Shown piece by piece: positions 17,128-27,322 of a stretch of DNA of 64,000 nucleotides; the stretch's first letter is position 1; every line of letters starts with the position of its first letter. Origin of the DNA: Burkholderiales bacterium. Lineage in GTDB: Bacteria; Pseudomonadota; Gammaproteobacteria; Burkholderiales; SG8-41. The notes under the pieces were generated by a model, which saw only the letters and a list, made by a program, of their open reading frames with translations, was not told where the DNA came from and ran no database searches. The position numbers and the translations under genes were made by a program. The DNA lies in NCBI GenBank assembly GCA_050250695.1, contig JBFWOE010000001.1, forward strand, positions 12,387 through 76,386, given 5' to 3'.

Positions 17128-17979
17128 ATGACCAGCTTACTGACGAATCCGCCCGTATTTGCCGTCTGCGCCATGCTGTTCGGCCTGTGCGTCGGCAGCT
17201 TCCTCAATGTCGTCATCCACCGCCTGCCGAAAATGATGGAACGGCAATGGCGCGCCGAGTGCGCCGAACTGGCAGGGCAGGAGCCGCAGGCGCACGAGCG
17301 CTACAACCTGGTCGTACCCCGCTCGGCCTGCCCTGCCTGCGGCCACCGGATTTCGGCCCTGGAAAACATTCCGGTCGCCAGTTGGCTCGCGCTGCGTGGC
17401 AAATGCTCCGGCTGCGGCGGCGCCATTTCACCGCGATACCCCGCAGTGGAAATCCTCACCGGTATCCTCTCGGGTTACGTGGCCTGGCACTTCGGTTATG
17501 GCTGGGCCGCGGCCGGCGCTCTGATTTTTACCTGGGCGATGATTGCACTGACATTCATCGACCTGGATACCTTCTACCTGCCCGACAGCATCACCTTGCC
17601 GCTGCTGTGGCTTGGGCTGCTTTTCAACATCAACGCCACTTACTCTCCACTGCACTCCGCCGTGATCGGCGCCGCCGCGGGTTATCTTTCGCTGTGGAGC
17701 GTGTACTGGATATTCAAGTGGGCGACCGGCAAGGAGGGCATGGGCTACGGCGACTTCAAGCTGCTGGCGGCCATCGGCGCCTGGCTGGGCTGGGAGATGC
17801 TGCCGCTGACCGTCCTGCTGTCGTCGATGGTCGGTGCCGTCATTGGCATCGGCCTGATCGTTTTCGCCGGGCGCGGCCGCAGCATCCCGATCCCGTTCGG
17901 CCCCTACCTTGCCATCGCCGGAATGATCGCACTGCTTCATGGGCAGGGGCTGACCCGGGCCTATCTCGGACCGCTCTGA
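17128..17979 (+). CDS. pilD: Prepilin peptidase / N-methyltransferase PilD
   Basis: N-terminal Cys pairs CPACGHRI..CSGCGG, aspartic protease motif GYGDFKLLAAIGAWLG, and polytopic membrane topology. Confidence 0.9.
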   Translation: MTSLLTNPPVFAVCAMLFGLCVGSFLNVVIHRLPKMMERQWRAECAELAGQEPQAHERYNLVVPRSACPACGHRISALENIPVASWLALRGKCSGCGGAISPRYPAVEILTGILSGYVAWHFGYGWAAAGALIFTWAMIALTFIDLDTFYLPDSITLPLLWLGLLFNINATYSPLHSAVIGAAAGYLSLWSVYWIFKWATGKEGMGYGDFKLLAAIGAWLGWEMLPLTVLLSSMVGAVIGIGLIVFAGRGRSIPIPFGPYLAIAGMIALLHGQGLTRAYLGPL

Positions 17980-17982
17980 AAC

Positions 17983-18600
17983 ATGCCGTACTGCATCGGA
18001 CTTACCGGCGGCATCGGATCCGGCAAATCCCGTGCAGCAGCGCTTTTCGGCGAACTGGGCGCCGAAGTCATCGATACCGATGAAATCTCGCACGAACTCA
18101 CCCGCCCGGACGGATCGGCAATGCCTGGCATCATCGCCGCCTTCGGACCAAAGGTTGTCGCTGCCAATGGCGGTCTGGACCGTGCCGCAATGCGCGAACT
18201 GGTGTTTGCAGACCCGGGAGGACGGGCGCGCCTGGAAGGCATACTGCACCCGCTGATCGGCGGGCTTGCACGCGCCAGGGTCGCCAAATCCGTCGCTCCC
18301 TACGTGCTTCTGGTAGTGCCTCTGCTGCTGGAAAAGGGCGGTTACCGCGACCTCGTCCAGCGGGTGCTGGTCATCGACTGCGAAGAATCGCTGCAGTTGA
18401 CCCGGACCATGCAGCGCAACAACCTGACCGAAAATGCGGTACGCGCCATCATGGCCGCGCAGCTGCCACGGCAACAGCGGCTGGCCGCCGCTGATGACAT
18501 CATCCGCAACGACGGCGACATCCCCAGATTGCGCAAGCAGGTTGAGGCCCTTCATCAGCAATACCTGAAGCTGTCCGGCATTACGGCGAATCGCGGCTGA
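17983..18600 (+). CDS. coaE: Dephospho-CoA kinase
   Basis: IGLTGGIGSGKS P-loop at the N-terminus. Synteny is pilD-coaE-zapD-yacG. Confidence 0.9.
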   Translation: MPYCIGLTGGIGSGKSRAAALFGELGAEVIDTDEISHELTRPDGSAMPGIIAAFGPKVVAANGGLDRAAMRELVFADPGGRARLEGILHPLIGGLARARVAKSVAPYVLLVVPLLLEKGGYRDLVQRVLVIDCEESLQLTRTMQRNNLTENAVRAIMAAQLPRQQRLAAADDIIRNDGDIPRLRKQVEALHQQYLKLSGITANRG

Positions 18601-18699
18601 ATTCGTTTTACCGGGACGGCTTAAGCCTTTATTTTTTCTGGTTTTTGTCCGATACTCCCGCAACTGAATTCAAACCTTACTCCATCGGGCGTCCCGGCC

Positions 18700-19455
18700 G
18701 TGATTGTCTACGAGCATCCCCTGAGCGAGCGCGTGCGGACCTTGCTGCGCCTGGAGCACCTGTTTGACCGCATCGACTATTTCCAGGGCAAAAATGACGG
18801 CCCGGAACACCATGTCGCATTGCTGCTGATTTTCGAAATACTCGAAGTCGCCAGTCGGGCCGACCTCAAGTCCGATTTGCTGCAGGAGCTCGAACGCCAG
18901 AAGCAAACGCTTGAAGTGCTGCGCGACAATCCCGACATTTCGGAAGAGGCGCTGGACAATGTGTTGTGGCAGATCGACCAGGCTTCCGCCCGGCTCTACC
19001 AGGCTTCGGGCAAAGTTGGCCAGGAGCTGCGCGAAAACGAATGGTTGATGAGCATCAAACAGCGCACCGGCATCCCGGGAGGCGTCTGCGAATTCGACCT
19101 GCCGTCCTACCACTACTGGCTGCAGCAATCCCCCGACCAGCGGCGGCACGACCTGCAACAGTGGCTGGCGCCTTTCATGCCCACGCGCGATGCGATCAGC
19201 ATCGTGCTGCGCCTGCTGCGCGAAAGCGGCAAGACCACCACCCAGACCGCACACCAGGGCGTCTACCAGCAGATGATGGCTGGACGCCTGGCGCAAATGC
19301 TGCGCATCCGGCTCTCCGGCGACTATTCCTGCATACCCGAGATCAGTGCCAACAAGTACGCGCTGAACATCCGCTTCACCACGCAGGAAGGCATACAGCG
19401 CCCCAAGGCAGCGGATACCGACGTCGATTTTGAACTGACTTTCTGCAACCTCTGA
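18700..19455 (+). CDS. zapD: Cell division protein ZapD
   Basis: GTG start. IVYEHPLSERVRTLLRLEHLF matches the conserved ZapD (YacF) N-terminus. 251 aa. Confidence 0.85.
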   Translation: MIVYEHPLSERVRTLLRLEHLFDRIDYFQGKNDGPEHHVALLLIFEILEVASRADLKSDLLQELERQKQTLEVLRDNPDISEEALDNVLWQIDQASARLYQASGKVGQELRENEWLMSIKQRTGIPGGVCEFDLPSYHYWLQQSPDQRRHDLQQWLAPFMPTRDAISIVLRLLRESGKTTTQTAHQGVYQQMMAGRLAQMLRIRLSGDYSCIPEISANKYALNIRFTTQEGIQRPKAADTDVDFELTFCNL

Positions 19456-19458
19456 GTC

Positions 19459-19668
19459 ATGACCGTCAGACTGGTGGCATGCCCGCAGTGCGGTGCAAGC
19501 GCAGAATGGAACCCGGAGAACCGCTTCCGGCCGTTCTGTTCCGAGCGCTGCAAGATGATCGACCTCGGTGCCTGGGCTACCGAACGCTACCGGGTACCCG
19601 TTGTCGAGCTTGACGATGCTGAATTGCCTACGGAAGATCTCGAGGAACGCAACCCGCGACCGAGCTAG
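19459..19668 (+). CDS. yacG: DNA gyrase inhibitor YacG (zinc finger)
   Basis: CPQCG..(x)..[16 protein letters not shown]. 69 aa. Confidence 0.85.
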   Translation: MTVRLVACPQCGASAEWNPENRFRPFCSERCKMIDLGAWATERYRVPVVELDDAELPTEDLEERNPRPS

Positions 19669-19698
19669 CGGCAACCGGACCGGTTTCGCACCCGCCGC

Positions 19699-20652
19699 CT
19701 AATCCCAGGCTCCCCGCACCATGGCGATGCCATGCGCACCGCAGGACAGGCCCCGCTGCAGATCCGCCGGCATCAGCCCGCCCAGCGCGTAGAGCGGAAT
19801 CCGCGCTACCGCCGCCAGATTCCTGAATCCTTCCCAGCCCAGCAGCACCGCACCGGGGTGCGTGGGTGTCGCGCAGACTGGCCCCAGCACCGCAAAATCA
19901 AGTTGCAATGCTTCGGATCTGGCAATGTCAGCCGCGGTGTGGCATGACGCCGCAACCAGAGGCAGTGCCGGTCGCACTTCCGCGGCTAGCAGCTGGCCCG
20001 CGGTCAGATGCACGCCATCGGCACCCGTGTGTGCCGCCAGACCGGCATCGCCGTTGATCAAGACCTTCGCACCACGGCGATGCGCATGTTCGACCACCGC
20101 AGCCGCAAATCTTTCAAGGACAGCTTGCGGCCAATCCTTTGCTCGCACCTGCACCAGACTCAGTCCGCGATCGAGTGCGGCATCCACGCGGGCCAGCGCG
20201 CCGTCGGGATCGGAGTGCGGAAAACCTGTGATGCCGTAGACCTCGGGCAATGCCATCGCCGCAAATACCGGCCCGTTCGCCGGCAGCACGGGGGCGACAT
20301 CAATGGCCCCAAGCTGCTGCCAGGCAAAGGCCTGCGCCTCGCGCCCGTGCGGCTCACCGTTCCAGGCACGGACGCGGAAAAAATGCAGGCGCACATCGGC
20401 GTGCGGATAATCGAAATCACGGATGATCCAGGGATACGCAGTGACAACGTCTATCCCCAGTTCTTCATGGAGTTCGCGCGACAGCGCAGCGGCCGGGGTC
20501 TCGCCATCCTCCACCTTGCCTCCCGGAAACTCCCAGTAGCCCGCGTAGACTTTTCCCGCAGGGCGTTGCGCCAGCAGAAAGCTGCCGTCCAACTGCTGGA
20601 TTACCGCCGCCACAACGTCGATGCGCCGGCGGGCGGCGGCCGGCGCAGGCAT
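19699..20652 (-). CDS. Nudix hydrolase (MutT-like) fused to a ThiE/TenI-like TIM-barrel domain
   Basis: Nudix box GGKVEDGETPAAALSRELHEELGI. The C-terminal half (LVQVRAKDW..GADGVHL..ASCHT..DFAVLGPV..TPTHPG..IPLYALGG) resembles thiamine-phosphate synthase. Confidence 0.85.
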   Translation of the reverse strand: MPAPAAARRRIDVVAAVIQQLDGSFLLAQRPAGKVYAGYWEFPGGKVEDGETPAAALSRELHEELGIDVVTAYPWIIRDFDYPHADVRLHFFRVRAWNGEPHGREAQAFAWQQLGAIDVAPVLPANGPVFAAMALPEVYGITGFPHSDPDGALARVDAALDRGLSLVQVRAKDWPQAVLERFAAAVVEHAHRRGAKVLINGDAGLAAHTGADGVHLTAGQLLAAEVRPALPLVAASCHTAADIARSEALQLDFAVLGPVCATPTHPGAVLLGWEGFRNLAAVARIPLYALGGLMPADLQRGLSCGAHGIAMVRGAWD

Positions 20653-20657
20653 GACGG

Positions 20658-21545
20658 TTACTTGCGGCGGTTGAGCCGGGTGCGGCCGGCCCAGTCACGG
20701 GCGAACTGCCAGGCGACGCGGCCACTGCGCGAACCGCGCGCCAATGCCCATTGCAGAGCGGCATGCTCGACCTCGGCACTTTTTCCACCGGACACCCTGA
20801 AATGCTCCAGCCAGACCCTGACGATGCGCAGGTACTCGTCCTGGTCGAAGGGATAGAACGACACCCACAGACCGAATCGCTCGGACAGCGAAACTTTTTC
20901 CTCACTGGTCTCGCCGGGGTGGATTTCCTCGCCGACATGCTGGTATTCGAGGTTCTCATGCATGAACTCGGGCATCAGGTGTCGGCGGTTGGAGGTGGCA
21001 TAGATCAGGCAGTTCTCCGATGCCGCAGCGACCGAACCGTCGAGCACGACTTTCAGCGCCTTGTAGCCGGGTTCGTCCGCCTCGAATGACAGGTCGTCGC
21101 AATAAAGTATGAAACGTTCAGGACGCGCGTGGATCAGTTCGACAATGTCGGGCAGGTCGGTGAGATCGCGTTTCTCGACTTCGATCACGCGCAGCCCCCG
21201 GGTCGCGTACTTGTTGAGCAGTGCCTTGATCAGCGAGGATTTGCCGGTGCCGCGGGCGCCAGTCAGCAACACGTTGTTGGCGGGCAATCCGTCGACGAAC
21301 TGCCGGGTGTTGCGCTCTACCCGTTCCTTCTGTTCGTCGATGCCGCACAGATCGCGAAGGTCAATGCGGTGCACCTGGTGTATCGGTTCCAGTACCGCCT
21401 GCGCGCCCTTTTTGCGCCAACGGAATGCGATGGATGCCTTCCAGTCCGTAGGTGCGGTGCTGGCAGGCAGCAATTGTTCGAGTCGCGCCAGCAGTACCTC
21501 GGCACGCGCTATAAGGGATTCCGCAGCGGGCGGGGGTTTCTTCAT
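20658..21545 (-). CDS. DUF815/COG2607 AAA-type ATPase
   Basis: Walker A LTGARGTGKSSLIKAL and Walker B ILYCDDLSF. Start set at ATG 21545 (MKKPPP), which avoids a 32-nt overlap with argJ. The alternative start is 21599. Confidence 0.75.
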   Translation of the reverse strand: MKKPPPAAESLIARAEVLLARLEQLLPASTAPTDWKASIAFRWRKKGAQAVLEPIHQVHRIDLRDLCGIDEQKERVERNTRQFVDGLPANNVLLTGARGTGKSSLIKALLNKYATRGLRVIEVEKRDLTDLPDIVELIHARPERFILYCDDLSFEADEPGYKALKVVLDGSVAAASENCLIYATSNRRHLMPEFMHENLEYQHVGEEIHPGETSEEKVSLSERFGLWVSFYPFDQDEYLRIVRVWLEHFRVSGGKSAEVEHAALQWALARGSRSGRVAWQFARDWAGRTRLNRRK

Positions 21546-21567
21546 AACTATATGATTAAATTGATAT

Positions 21568-22806
21568 TTAACTTCTATAGTCGGCGTTGATGCTGACATA
21601 GTCGTGCGACAGGTCGCAGGTCCACACCACGGCCGAAGCCCGCCCCCTGTTCAAGACCACGCGCACCGTGATCTCCGGCTGTTTCATCACGCGCTGGCCT
21701 TCGGCTTCCTGGTAGCCGGGGTGGCGGCCGCCATGCTGCGCCACCAGCACGTCATCAAGGTAAAGCTCGACGCCCTCAACCTCGAGATCGGTGATCCCGG
21801 CATAACCGATGGCGGCAAGTATCCGCCCGAGGTTGGGGTCGGAGGCGAAGAACGCGGTCTTGATCAGCGGTGAATGCGCAATTGCGTAGGCCACCTTGCG
21901 ACACTCCTCCTCGCTGCGTCCGGCTTCCACCTTCACCGTGATGAATTTTGTTGCGCCTTCGCCGTCGCGCACGATGGCCTGCGCCAGTGTGACAGCCACT
22001 GCGGTGACTGCATCGCGAAAGGCCAGATACTCCGCGCTCTTTGCATCGGTGATCTCGGGCATGTCCGCCTTGCCACTCGCGATCAACATGAAACTGTCGT
22101 TGGTCGAGGTGTCGCCGTCAACGGTGATGCAGTTGAAGGAGCGTTGTGCGGCATGGCTCACGGCAGCCTTGACCAGAGGTTGACTGACCTTGGCGTCGGT
22201 GGCCATGAATCCGAGCATGGTGGCCATGCCCGGATGGATCATGCCCGCGCCCTTGGCAATGCCGGTGACCGTGATCGTTGTACCACCTACCGGAAACTGC
22301 CGTGACGCCGCTTTCGGCACCGTATCGGTGGTCATGATCGCCTCGGCGGCATCTGCCCATGTGTCCGACTTCAGTGCAGCTGCGCAGGCAGGCAATCCCG
22401 CCACGATACGCTCCACCGGCAGCGGTTCCATGATGACGCCGGTCGAGAATGGCAACACCTGGGTCGGTTCGCAGCCCAGCAGCCGCGCCGCCTCGGCGCA
22501 GGTCTGCCTTGCGCGTGCTAGGCCTTCCTTGCCGGTGCCGGCATTGGCCACGCCGGTATTGATCAGCAGCGCCCTCACGCCCTGTTCCGGATCATTCATC
22601 GACAGATGCTGCCGCGCCACCACCACGGGCGCGGCACAGAAGCGGTTCTGGGTAAATACGCCGGCGACCCGCGCACCCTCATCAAGCACGATCAGCAACA
22701 GATCCTTGCGCCCGGATTTGCGAACACCCGCTTGCGCGATGCCCAGCCTCACCCCGGCCACTGGAAGCAGCGAGTGCGGATCCGGCGGATTGAGGTTGAC
22801 TGGCAT
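21568..22806 (-). CDS. argJ: Bifunctional ornithine acetyltransferase / N-acetylglutamate synthase
   Basis: Self-cleavage region [13 protein letters not shown] and conserved C-terminus [10 protein letters not shown]. Confidence 0.95.
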   Translation of the reverse strand: MPVNLNPPDPHSLLPVAGVRLGIAQAGVRKSGRKDLLLIVLDEGARVAGVFTQNRFCAAPVVVARQHLSMNDPEQGVRALLINTGVANAGTGKEGLARARQTCAEAARLLGCEPTQVLPFSTGVIMEPLPVERIVAGLPACAAALKSDTWADAAEAIMTTDTVPKAASRQFPVGGTTITVTGIAKGAGMIHPGMATMLGFMATDAKVSQPLVKAAVSHAAQRSFNCITVDGDTSTNDSFMLIASGKADMPEITDAKSAEYLAFRDAVTAVAVTLAQAIVRDGEGATKFITVKVEAGRSEEECRKVAYAIAHSPLIKTAFFASDPNLGRILAAIGYAGITDLEVEGVELYLDDVLVAQHGGRHPGYQEAEGQRVMKQPEITVRVVLNRGRASAVVWTCDLSHDYVSINADYRS

Positions 22807-22809
22807 GCG

Positions 22810-25623
22810 TCAGGTCAGCCTGCCATGGCACTGCTTGTATTTTTTTCCCGATCCGCACGGACAGGGGTCATTGCGGCCGACTTTCTGGCCGCCGCGCACG
22901 AACGGCTGCGCTTTTTCGGCATCATCGGGTACGCCGGGGAAATCCTCGCCGGCCTCTGCCGGGGAATCCTCGACGGGGCTGTCCGGCGCCTCGGCATGCT
23001 GATACTGGATGTTCTGCAGGGCTTCGTGTTCCTCGGCTGCGCGCAGTTCCTCCGCGCTGCGGATCTGCACGGTCATCAGTATGCGCGTGACATCGGTCTT
23101 GACCATGTCGAGCAATAGCGAAAACAGCTCGAAGGCTTCGCGCTTGTACTCCTGGGTCGGGTTTTTCTGCGCATAACCGCGCAAATGTATGCCCTGGCGC
23201 AGATGATCCAGCGCCGCCAGATGCTCACGCCAGTGCGAATCGACGCTCTGCAGCATGATGGCGCGCTCGTACTGTCGCATTGCAGCTGGATCCACCGCGG
23301 CTGTCTTTTCCGCGTAACGCGCATGGGCGGCTTCGACAATGCGCTGCAGCAGCGCCTCTTCCTCGAGATGGGTATTGTCTTTAAGCCACTGGCTGATCGG
23401 CAGATCCAGGGCGAGTTCGCCACGCAGCACGGCTTCCAGTCCCTCCACCTGCCACTGTTCTTCCAGACTGCCCGGCGGGATGTACTGCACGAAATGGCTG
23501 CGAATGACGTCGGTGCGCATTGCCGCGATGGTGGCCGACACGTCCGAACTGTCGAGCAGTTCGTTGCGCTGCTGGTAGATCACCTTGCGCTGGTCGTTGG
23601 CGACGTCGTCATACTCCAGCAGGTGCTTGCGCATGTCGAAGTTTCTCGCCTCGACCTTGCGCTGCGCGTTCTCGATGGAGCGCGTCACCCAGGGATGTTC
23701 GATCGCTTCCCCATCGGGCATCTTCAGGCGCTCCATGATCGCGGCAACCCGGTCCGATGCGAATATCCGCAGCAACGAATCATCCAGCGCGAGGTAGAAC
23801 CGGCTGGATCCCGGGTCGCCCTGGCGGCCGGAACGCCCGCGCAACTGGTTGTCGATCCGCCGCGATTCATGCCGCTCGGTACCGACTATGTGCAGCCCCC
23901 CGGCCTTGACCACCTCGTCGTGGCGCCGCCGCCACTCCTCGCGAAGCTCGGCAACGCGCTTCTCGCGGGCACTCCGGTCCAGCGACTCGTCGGCAAGGAT
24001 GCGGTTGATTTCCGGTTCGGGATTGCCGCCGAGGACTATGTCCGTGCCGCGCCCCGCCATATTGGTGGCGATGGTGATGACTTTCGGGCGGCCGGCCTGG
24101 ATCACGATCTCGGCTTCACGCGCGTGCTGCTTGGCGTTGAGCACGTTATGCGTCAATCCAGCCTTCTGCAGCACACCGGAAATGTACTCGGAATTTTCGA
24201 TCGAAGTCGTGCCTACCAGCACCGGCTGCCCGCGCTCGTAACAGCCGCGGATATCCTCGATGATTGCTGCGTATTTTTCGCGGCTGGTGCGGAAGACCTG
24301 GTCCATGCGGTCGTCGCGGATCATCGGATGGTGTGTCGGAATCACCACGGTCTCAAGCCCGTAGATCTGCTGGAACTCGTAGGCTTCGGTATCCGCGGTG
24401 CCGGTCATCCCGGACAGTTTTCCGTACATCCGGAAATAGTTCTGGAAGGTGATCGTGGCCAGAGTCTGGTTCTCCTTCTGGATCTCCACGCCCTCCTTGG
24501 CCTCGATCGCCTGGTGCAGCCCGTCAGACCAGCGCCGTCCCGGCATCAGGCGGCCGGTGAATTCGTCGACGATGACGATTTCGTTGTTCTGTACCACGTA
24601 CTGCTGGTCACGATGAAACAGGCTGTGCGCACGCAATGCCGCGTTCAGGTGATGCATCAGCCCGATGTTGGCAGCGTCATACAGGCTGCCCCCTTCCGGC
24701 AGCAGTCCCGCCTGTGCAAGCAGGGTCTCGGCGTGTTCGTGGCCCTCTTCGGACAGAATCACCTGGTGACCCTTTTCGTCCACCCAGTAATCACCCGGCG
24801 ACTTTTCCTCTTTCTGCCGGGTGAGCTTGGGGGCGACGGCATTCATCCGCACATAAAGATCCGTGGTGTCTTCCGCCTGTCCGGAAATGATCAGCGGCGT
24901 GCGCGCCTCGTCGATCAGGATCGAATCCACCTCGTCGACAATCGCGAACGCCAGTCCCCGTTGCACTTTCTCCGACAACTCGTAGACCATGTTGTCGCGC
25001 AGGTAATCGAATCCGAATTCATTGTTGGTGCCATAGGTGATGTCGGCACGATAGGCCTGCTGCTTCAGGTCGTGCTCCATCTGCGACAGGTTGACACCGA
25101 CAGTGAGTCCGAGGAAACGATAGATGCGCCCCATCCAGTCGGCGTCGCGCTGGGCCAGGTAATCGTTCACCGTCACGATGTGCACGCCGGTTTCGGCAAG
25201 AGCATTAAGATAAGCCGGCAATGTAGCCACCAGCGTCTTGCCCTCACCGGTACGCATTTCGGCAATCTTGCCGTTATGCAGCGCGATGCCGCCGACGAGC
25301 TGGACATCGAAATGGCGCATGCCCAGCACCCGCTTGCCGGCCTCGCGCACCACGGCAAAGGCTTCGGGTAACAGTTCGTCGAGAGCCGCGCGTCGCAGCT
25401 TTTCGGTATCAGCGGGCTGACCGGCTGTCGCCGAACCATCGGAGGTGGCCAGCCGGGCGCGGATCCGGCCGCGGAATTCTTCCGTTTTGGCGCGCAGTTG
25501 CTCATCGGACAGGGCAGAGACCTGCGGCTCGAGTGCGTTGACCGCGCGCACCGTGCGACGGTACTGTTTGAGCAGCCGCTCGTTGCGGCTGCCGAACACT
25601 TTCTTCAATAAGCCGGTAATCAT
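22810..25623 (-). CDS. secA: Preprotein translocase ATPase SecA
   Basis: [21 protein letters not shown] start, [32 protein letters not shown], and C-terminal zinc motif [14 protein letters not shown]. The upstream 15 codons of the ORF cover a hairpin and were rejected. Confidence 0.97.
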   Translation of the reverse strand: MITGLLKKVFGSRNERLLKQYRRTVRAVNALEPQVSALSDEQLRAKTEEFRGRIRARLATSDGSATAGQPADTEKLRRAALDELLPEAFAVVREAGKRVLGMRHFDVQLVGGIALHNGKIAEMRTGEGKTLVATLPAYLNALAETGVHIVTVNDYLAQRDADWMGRIYRFLGLTVGVNLSQMEHDLKQQAYRADITYGTNNEFGFDYLRDNMVYELSEKVQRGLAFAIVDEVDSILIDEARTPLIISGQAEDTTDLYVRMNAVAPKLTRQKEEKSPGDYWVDEKGHQVILSEEGHEHAETLLAQAGLLPEGGSLYDAANIGLMHHLNAALRAHSLFHRDQQYVVQNNEIVIVDEFTGRLMPGRRWSDGLHQAIEAKEGVEIQKENQTLATITFQNYFRMYGKLSGMTGTADTEAYEFQQIYGLETVVIPTHHPMIRDDRMDQVFRTSREKYAAIIEDIRGCYERGQPVLVGTTSIENSEYISGVLQKAGLTHNVLNAKQHAREAEIVIQAGRPKVITIATNMAGRGTDIVLGGNPEPEINRILADESLDRSAREKRVAELREEWRRRHDEVVKAGGLHIVGTERHESRRIDNQLRGRSGRQGDPGSSRFYLALDDSLLRIFASDRVAAIMERLKMPDGEAIEHPWVTRSIENAQRKVEARNFDMRKHLLEYDDVANDQRKVIYQQRNELLDSSDVSATIAAMRTDVIRSHFVQYIPPGSLEEQWQVEGLEAVLRGELALDLPISQWLKDNTHLEEEALLQRIVEAAHARYAEKTAAVDPAAMRQYERAIMLQSVDSHWREHLAALDHLRQGIHLRGYAQKNPTQEYKREAFELFSLLLDMVKTDVTRILMTVQIRSAEELRAAEEHEALQNIQYQHAEAPDSPVEDSPAEAGEDFPGVPDDAEKAQPFVRGGQKVGRNDPCPCGSGKKYKQCHGRLT

Positions 25624-25636
25624 GAACATCCTGAAT

Positions 25637-25663
25637 AAAAAAGGGGTGGGATAATCCCACCCC
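25637..25663 (-). terminator. Rho-independent-terminator-like hairpin between the M23 peptidase gene and secA
   Basis: Minus strand shows GGGGTGGGA-TTA-TCCCACCCC (perfect 9-bp stem) followed by TTTTTTATT. The T-tract ends 13 nt before the secA ATG. Confidence 0.6.
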
Positions 25664-25690
25664 CGCAATTCTTGAGCTCAGTGCCGCCGG

Positions 25691-26608
25691 TCAGCCGGGC
25701 AATTGCAGAAACTGCGCAGGGTTCCGTGCGGCGCCGCGCTGACGCACCTCGAAATGCAGATGTGCGCCTGTCGCGCGGCCGGTTCCGCCCACGTTCGCGA
25801 TCCGCGATCCGCGCAATACGACGTCACCGACCTTCACAAAACGCTTCGATGCGTGTGCGTACCGCGTGATCAGATCGTTGCCGTGATCAACCTCGATCAT
25901 ATTACCATATTGAGGGTGGAAATCTGAGTAGACGACGACCCCTGCGGCGGCCGCGTAGATGGGTGTCCCCGCCTCGGCCATGAAATCGATGCCTTCGTGA
26001 AACGCGCGCTGGCCGGTAAAGGGATCGATGCGCCAGCCGAAATTCGATGAATACCAGCCGCCGTCCACCGGCAGCTTGGTGGGTACCAGTTTCTTGCGCG
26101 CGCTTTCCTGGGTGAACATCGACTCCAGCAGTCCAAGCTTGTCACCGCGATCATCCAGTTGCCGTGTCAGCAAATTGACCTGGTCGGTGAAATCCCCCAG
26201 CGAAAGGTTACGGCTCGGAATCGACGATGCGGCGCCGCCGCGGCCCGGAATCTCGTTGAACATCAATTCCTGGGGTTTGAATCCCGCCAGCTTCGCCAGG
26301 CGCTCGCCGAGCGTATCCAGACGGAGCAACTGGGCCTGCATCTGGCCGAGCCTGACCGCCATCGCATTGAGGTTGTCCTGCAGGTAGGACTGGGTTCTCT
26401 CATGCTGCTGCTGCTGGATCGAGACCAGTACGTCCCTGACGTATGGGATATTCAGTTCGGCGGCAAACCGCAGGATGCCGTAGTTCATGGCCCCCGCCAG
26501 CAGCAGCACCAGCACAAACCCGAAGGTACCGGCTGCAATGAGATGCTGCCAGCCCAGAGTAATCGTCCGCGCCTTTGGCAGTTTCTCGGAAACCAGAATA
26601 ATATTCAT
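25691..26608 (-). CDS. M23-family murein endopeptidase (membrane-anchored, coiled-coil N-terminal part)
   Basis: HEGIDFMAEAGTPIYAAAAGVV..GNMIEVDHGN..TGRATGAHLHFEV are the LytM/M23 zinc motifs. One N-terminal TM helix. Confidence 0.85.
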   Translation of the reverse strand: MNIILVSEKLPKARTITLGWQHLIAAGTFGFVLVLLLAGAMNYGILRFAAELNIPYVRDVLVSIQQQQHERTQSYLQDNLNAMAVRLGQMQAQLLRLDTLGERLAKLAGFKPQELMFNEIPGRGGAASSIPSRNLSLGDFTDQVNLLTRQLDDRGDKLGLLESMFTQESARKKLVPTKLPVDGGWYSSNFGWRIDPFTGQRAFHEGIDFMAEAGTPIYAAAAGVVVYSDFHPQYGNMIEVDHGNDLITRYAHASKRFVKVGDVVLRGSRIANVGGTGRATGAHLHFEVRQRGAARNPAQFLQLPG

Positions 26609-26628
26609 GGTCCAACTCCCTTATCGCC

Positions 26629-27066
26629 ATGCCCACCCGCAAACTCAGCGCCCTGTTATCGAATACTGCGGGCTTGTCGGCGCTGACTCGGGCATCGCAA
26701 CGCATCACAGCGCTGCAACGGCTTTATGCAGTCTGCGCGCCCCCTGAACTGACCCAGGCCAGCCGCGTGATCCACGAACACGGCGGCATGCTGGTCATAG
26801 CGGCAGACAACGGTGCAATCGCGGCCAAACTGCGGCAAATGACACCGCGATTGCTGAAGAATCTGCAAAAACAGACGGCGGAGGTTACTGGAATTCGCGT
26901 TCAAATTCAAGTAAATAAGGTCCATTCCAGACCCGCCGGCGGCACCAAAATGACCACCTTACCCATTGATTTGATTGAAAGTTTTGACAGGCTTTCGAAA
27001 CAAATCAAGGATTCCCGCCTGCGCTCGGCGCTGGTGCGCTTCGCCGCACGGCGGCGCGGCGGATGA
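26629..27066 (+). CDS. DUF721 (DciA-like) domain protein
   Basis: 145 aa. The pattern ..VIHEHGGMLVIAADNGAIAAKLRQMTPRLLKNL.. is typical of DUF721. Conserved position between lpxC and secA. Confidence 0.6.
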   Translation: MPTRKLSALLSNTAGLSALTRASQRITALQRLYAVCAPPELTQASRVIHEHGGMLVIAADNGAIAAKLRQMTPRLLKNLQKQTAEVTGIRVQIQVNKVHSRPAGGTKMTTLPIDLIESFDRLSKQIKDSRLRSALVRFAARRRGG

Positions 27067-27092
27067 CCGGACACCCGGCCGGAACCGTGGCG

Positions 27093-27278
27093 TCAGACCA
27101 CCACCAACAGGCGCTCAGCGGCGTAAAAAGCGATCAGCAACAGGGCAAACGCCAGTGTGCCCAGGAATACGCGCCAGGCAAACTGCAGAAAGCGCCGTTG
27201 GCGGGAATAAGCATACAGCGCCAGAGAAACTCCGATGGTGATCAGGGCAAGCAACCCGACCAGTCGCAGGAGCAGCAT
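27093..27278 (-). CDS. Hypothetical 2-TM small membrane protein
   Basis: 61 aa with two clear hydrophobic helices (LVGLLALITIGVSLALYAY and VFLGTLAFALLLIAFYAA). Weak RBS and no homology recognised. Confidence 0.35.
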   Translation of the reverse strand: MLLLRLVGLLALITIGVSLALYAYSRQRRFLQFAWRVFLGTLAFALLLIAFYAAERLLVVV

Positions 27279-27322
27279 CAGCTGTCAGTCCCGTCGTCCC
27301 GGGAAGCGACCCCGGGCAACGC

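Noticed and set aside
18611-18699. GGCTTAAGCC palindrome plus T-rich run, and distant CCGGGACG/CGTCCCGG inverted repeat, between coaE and zapD
   Set aside because: The palindrome leaves no loop, so at most a 3-bp stem can form. The distant arms are about 70 nt apart. This is not convincing as a terminator or a structured RNA.
17428-19674. 411-aa and 334-aa minus-strand ORFs opposite pilD/coaE/zapD/yacG
   Set aside because: The plus-strand genes are conserved, syntenic and motif-bearing. The minus-strand ORFs have artefact composition.
23185-25371. 728-aa plus-strand ORF
   Set aside because: It is entirely antisense to secA, which is unambiguous, and has the same high-GC artefact composition.
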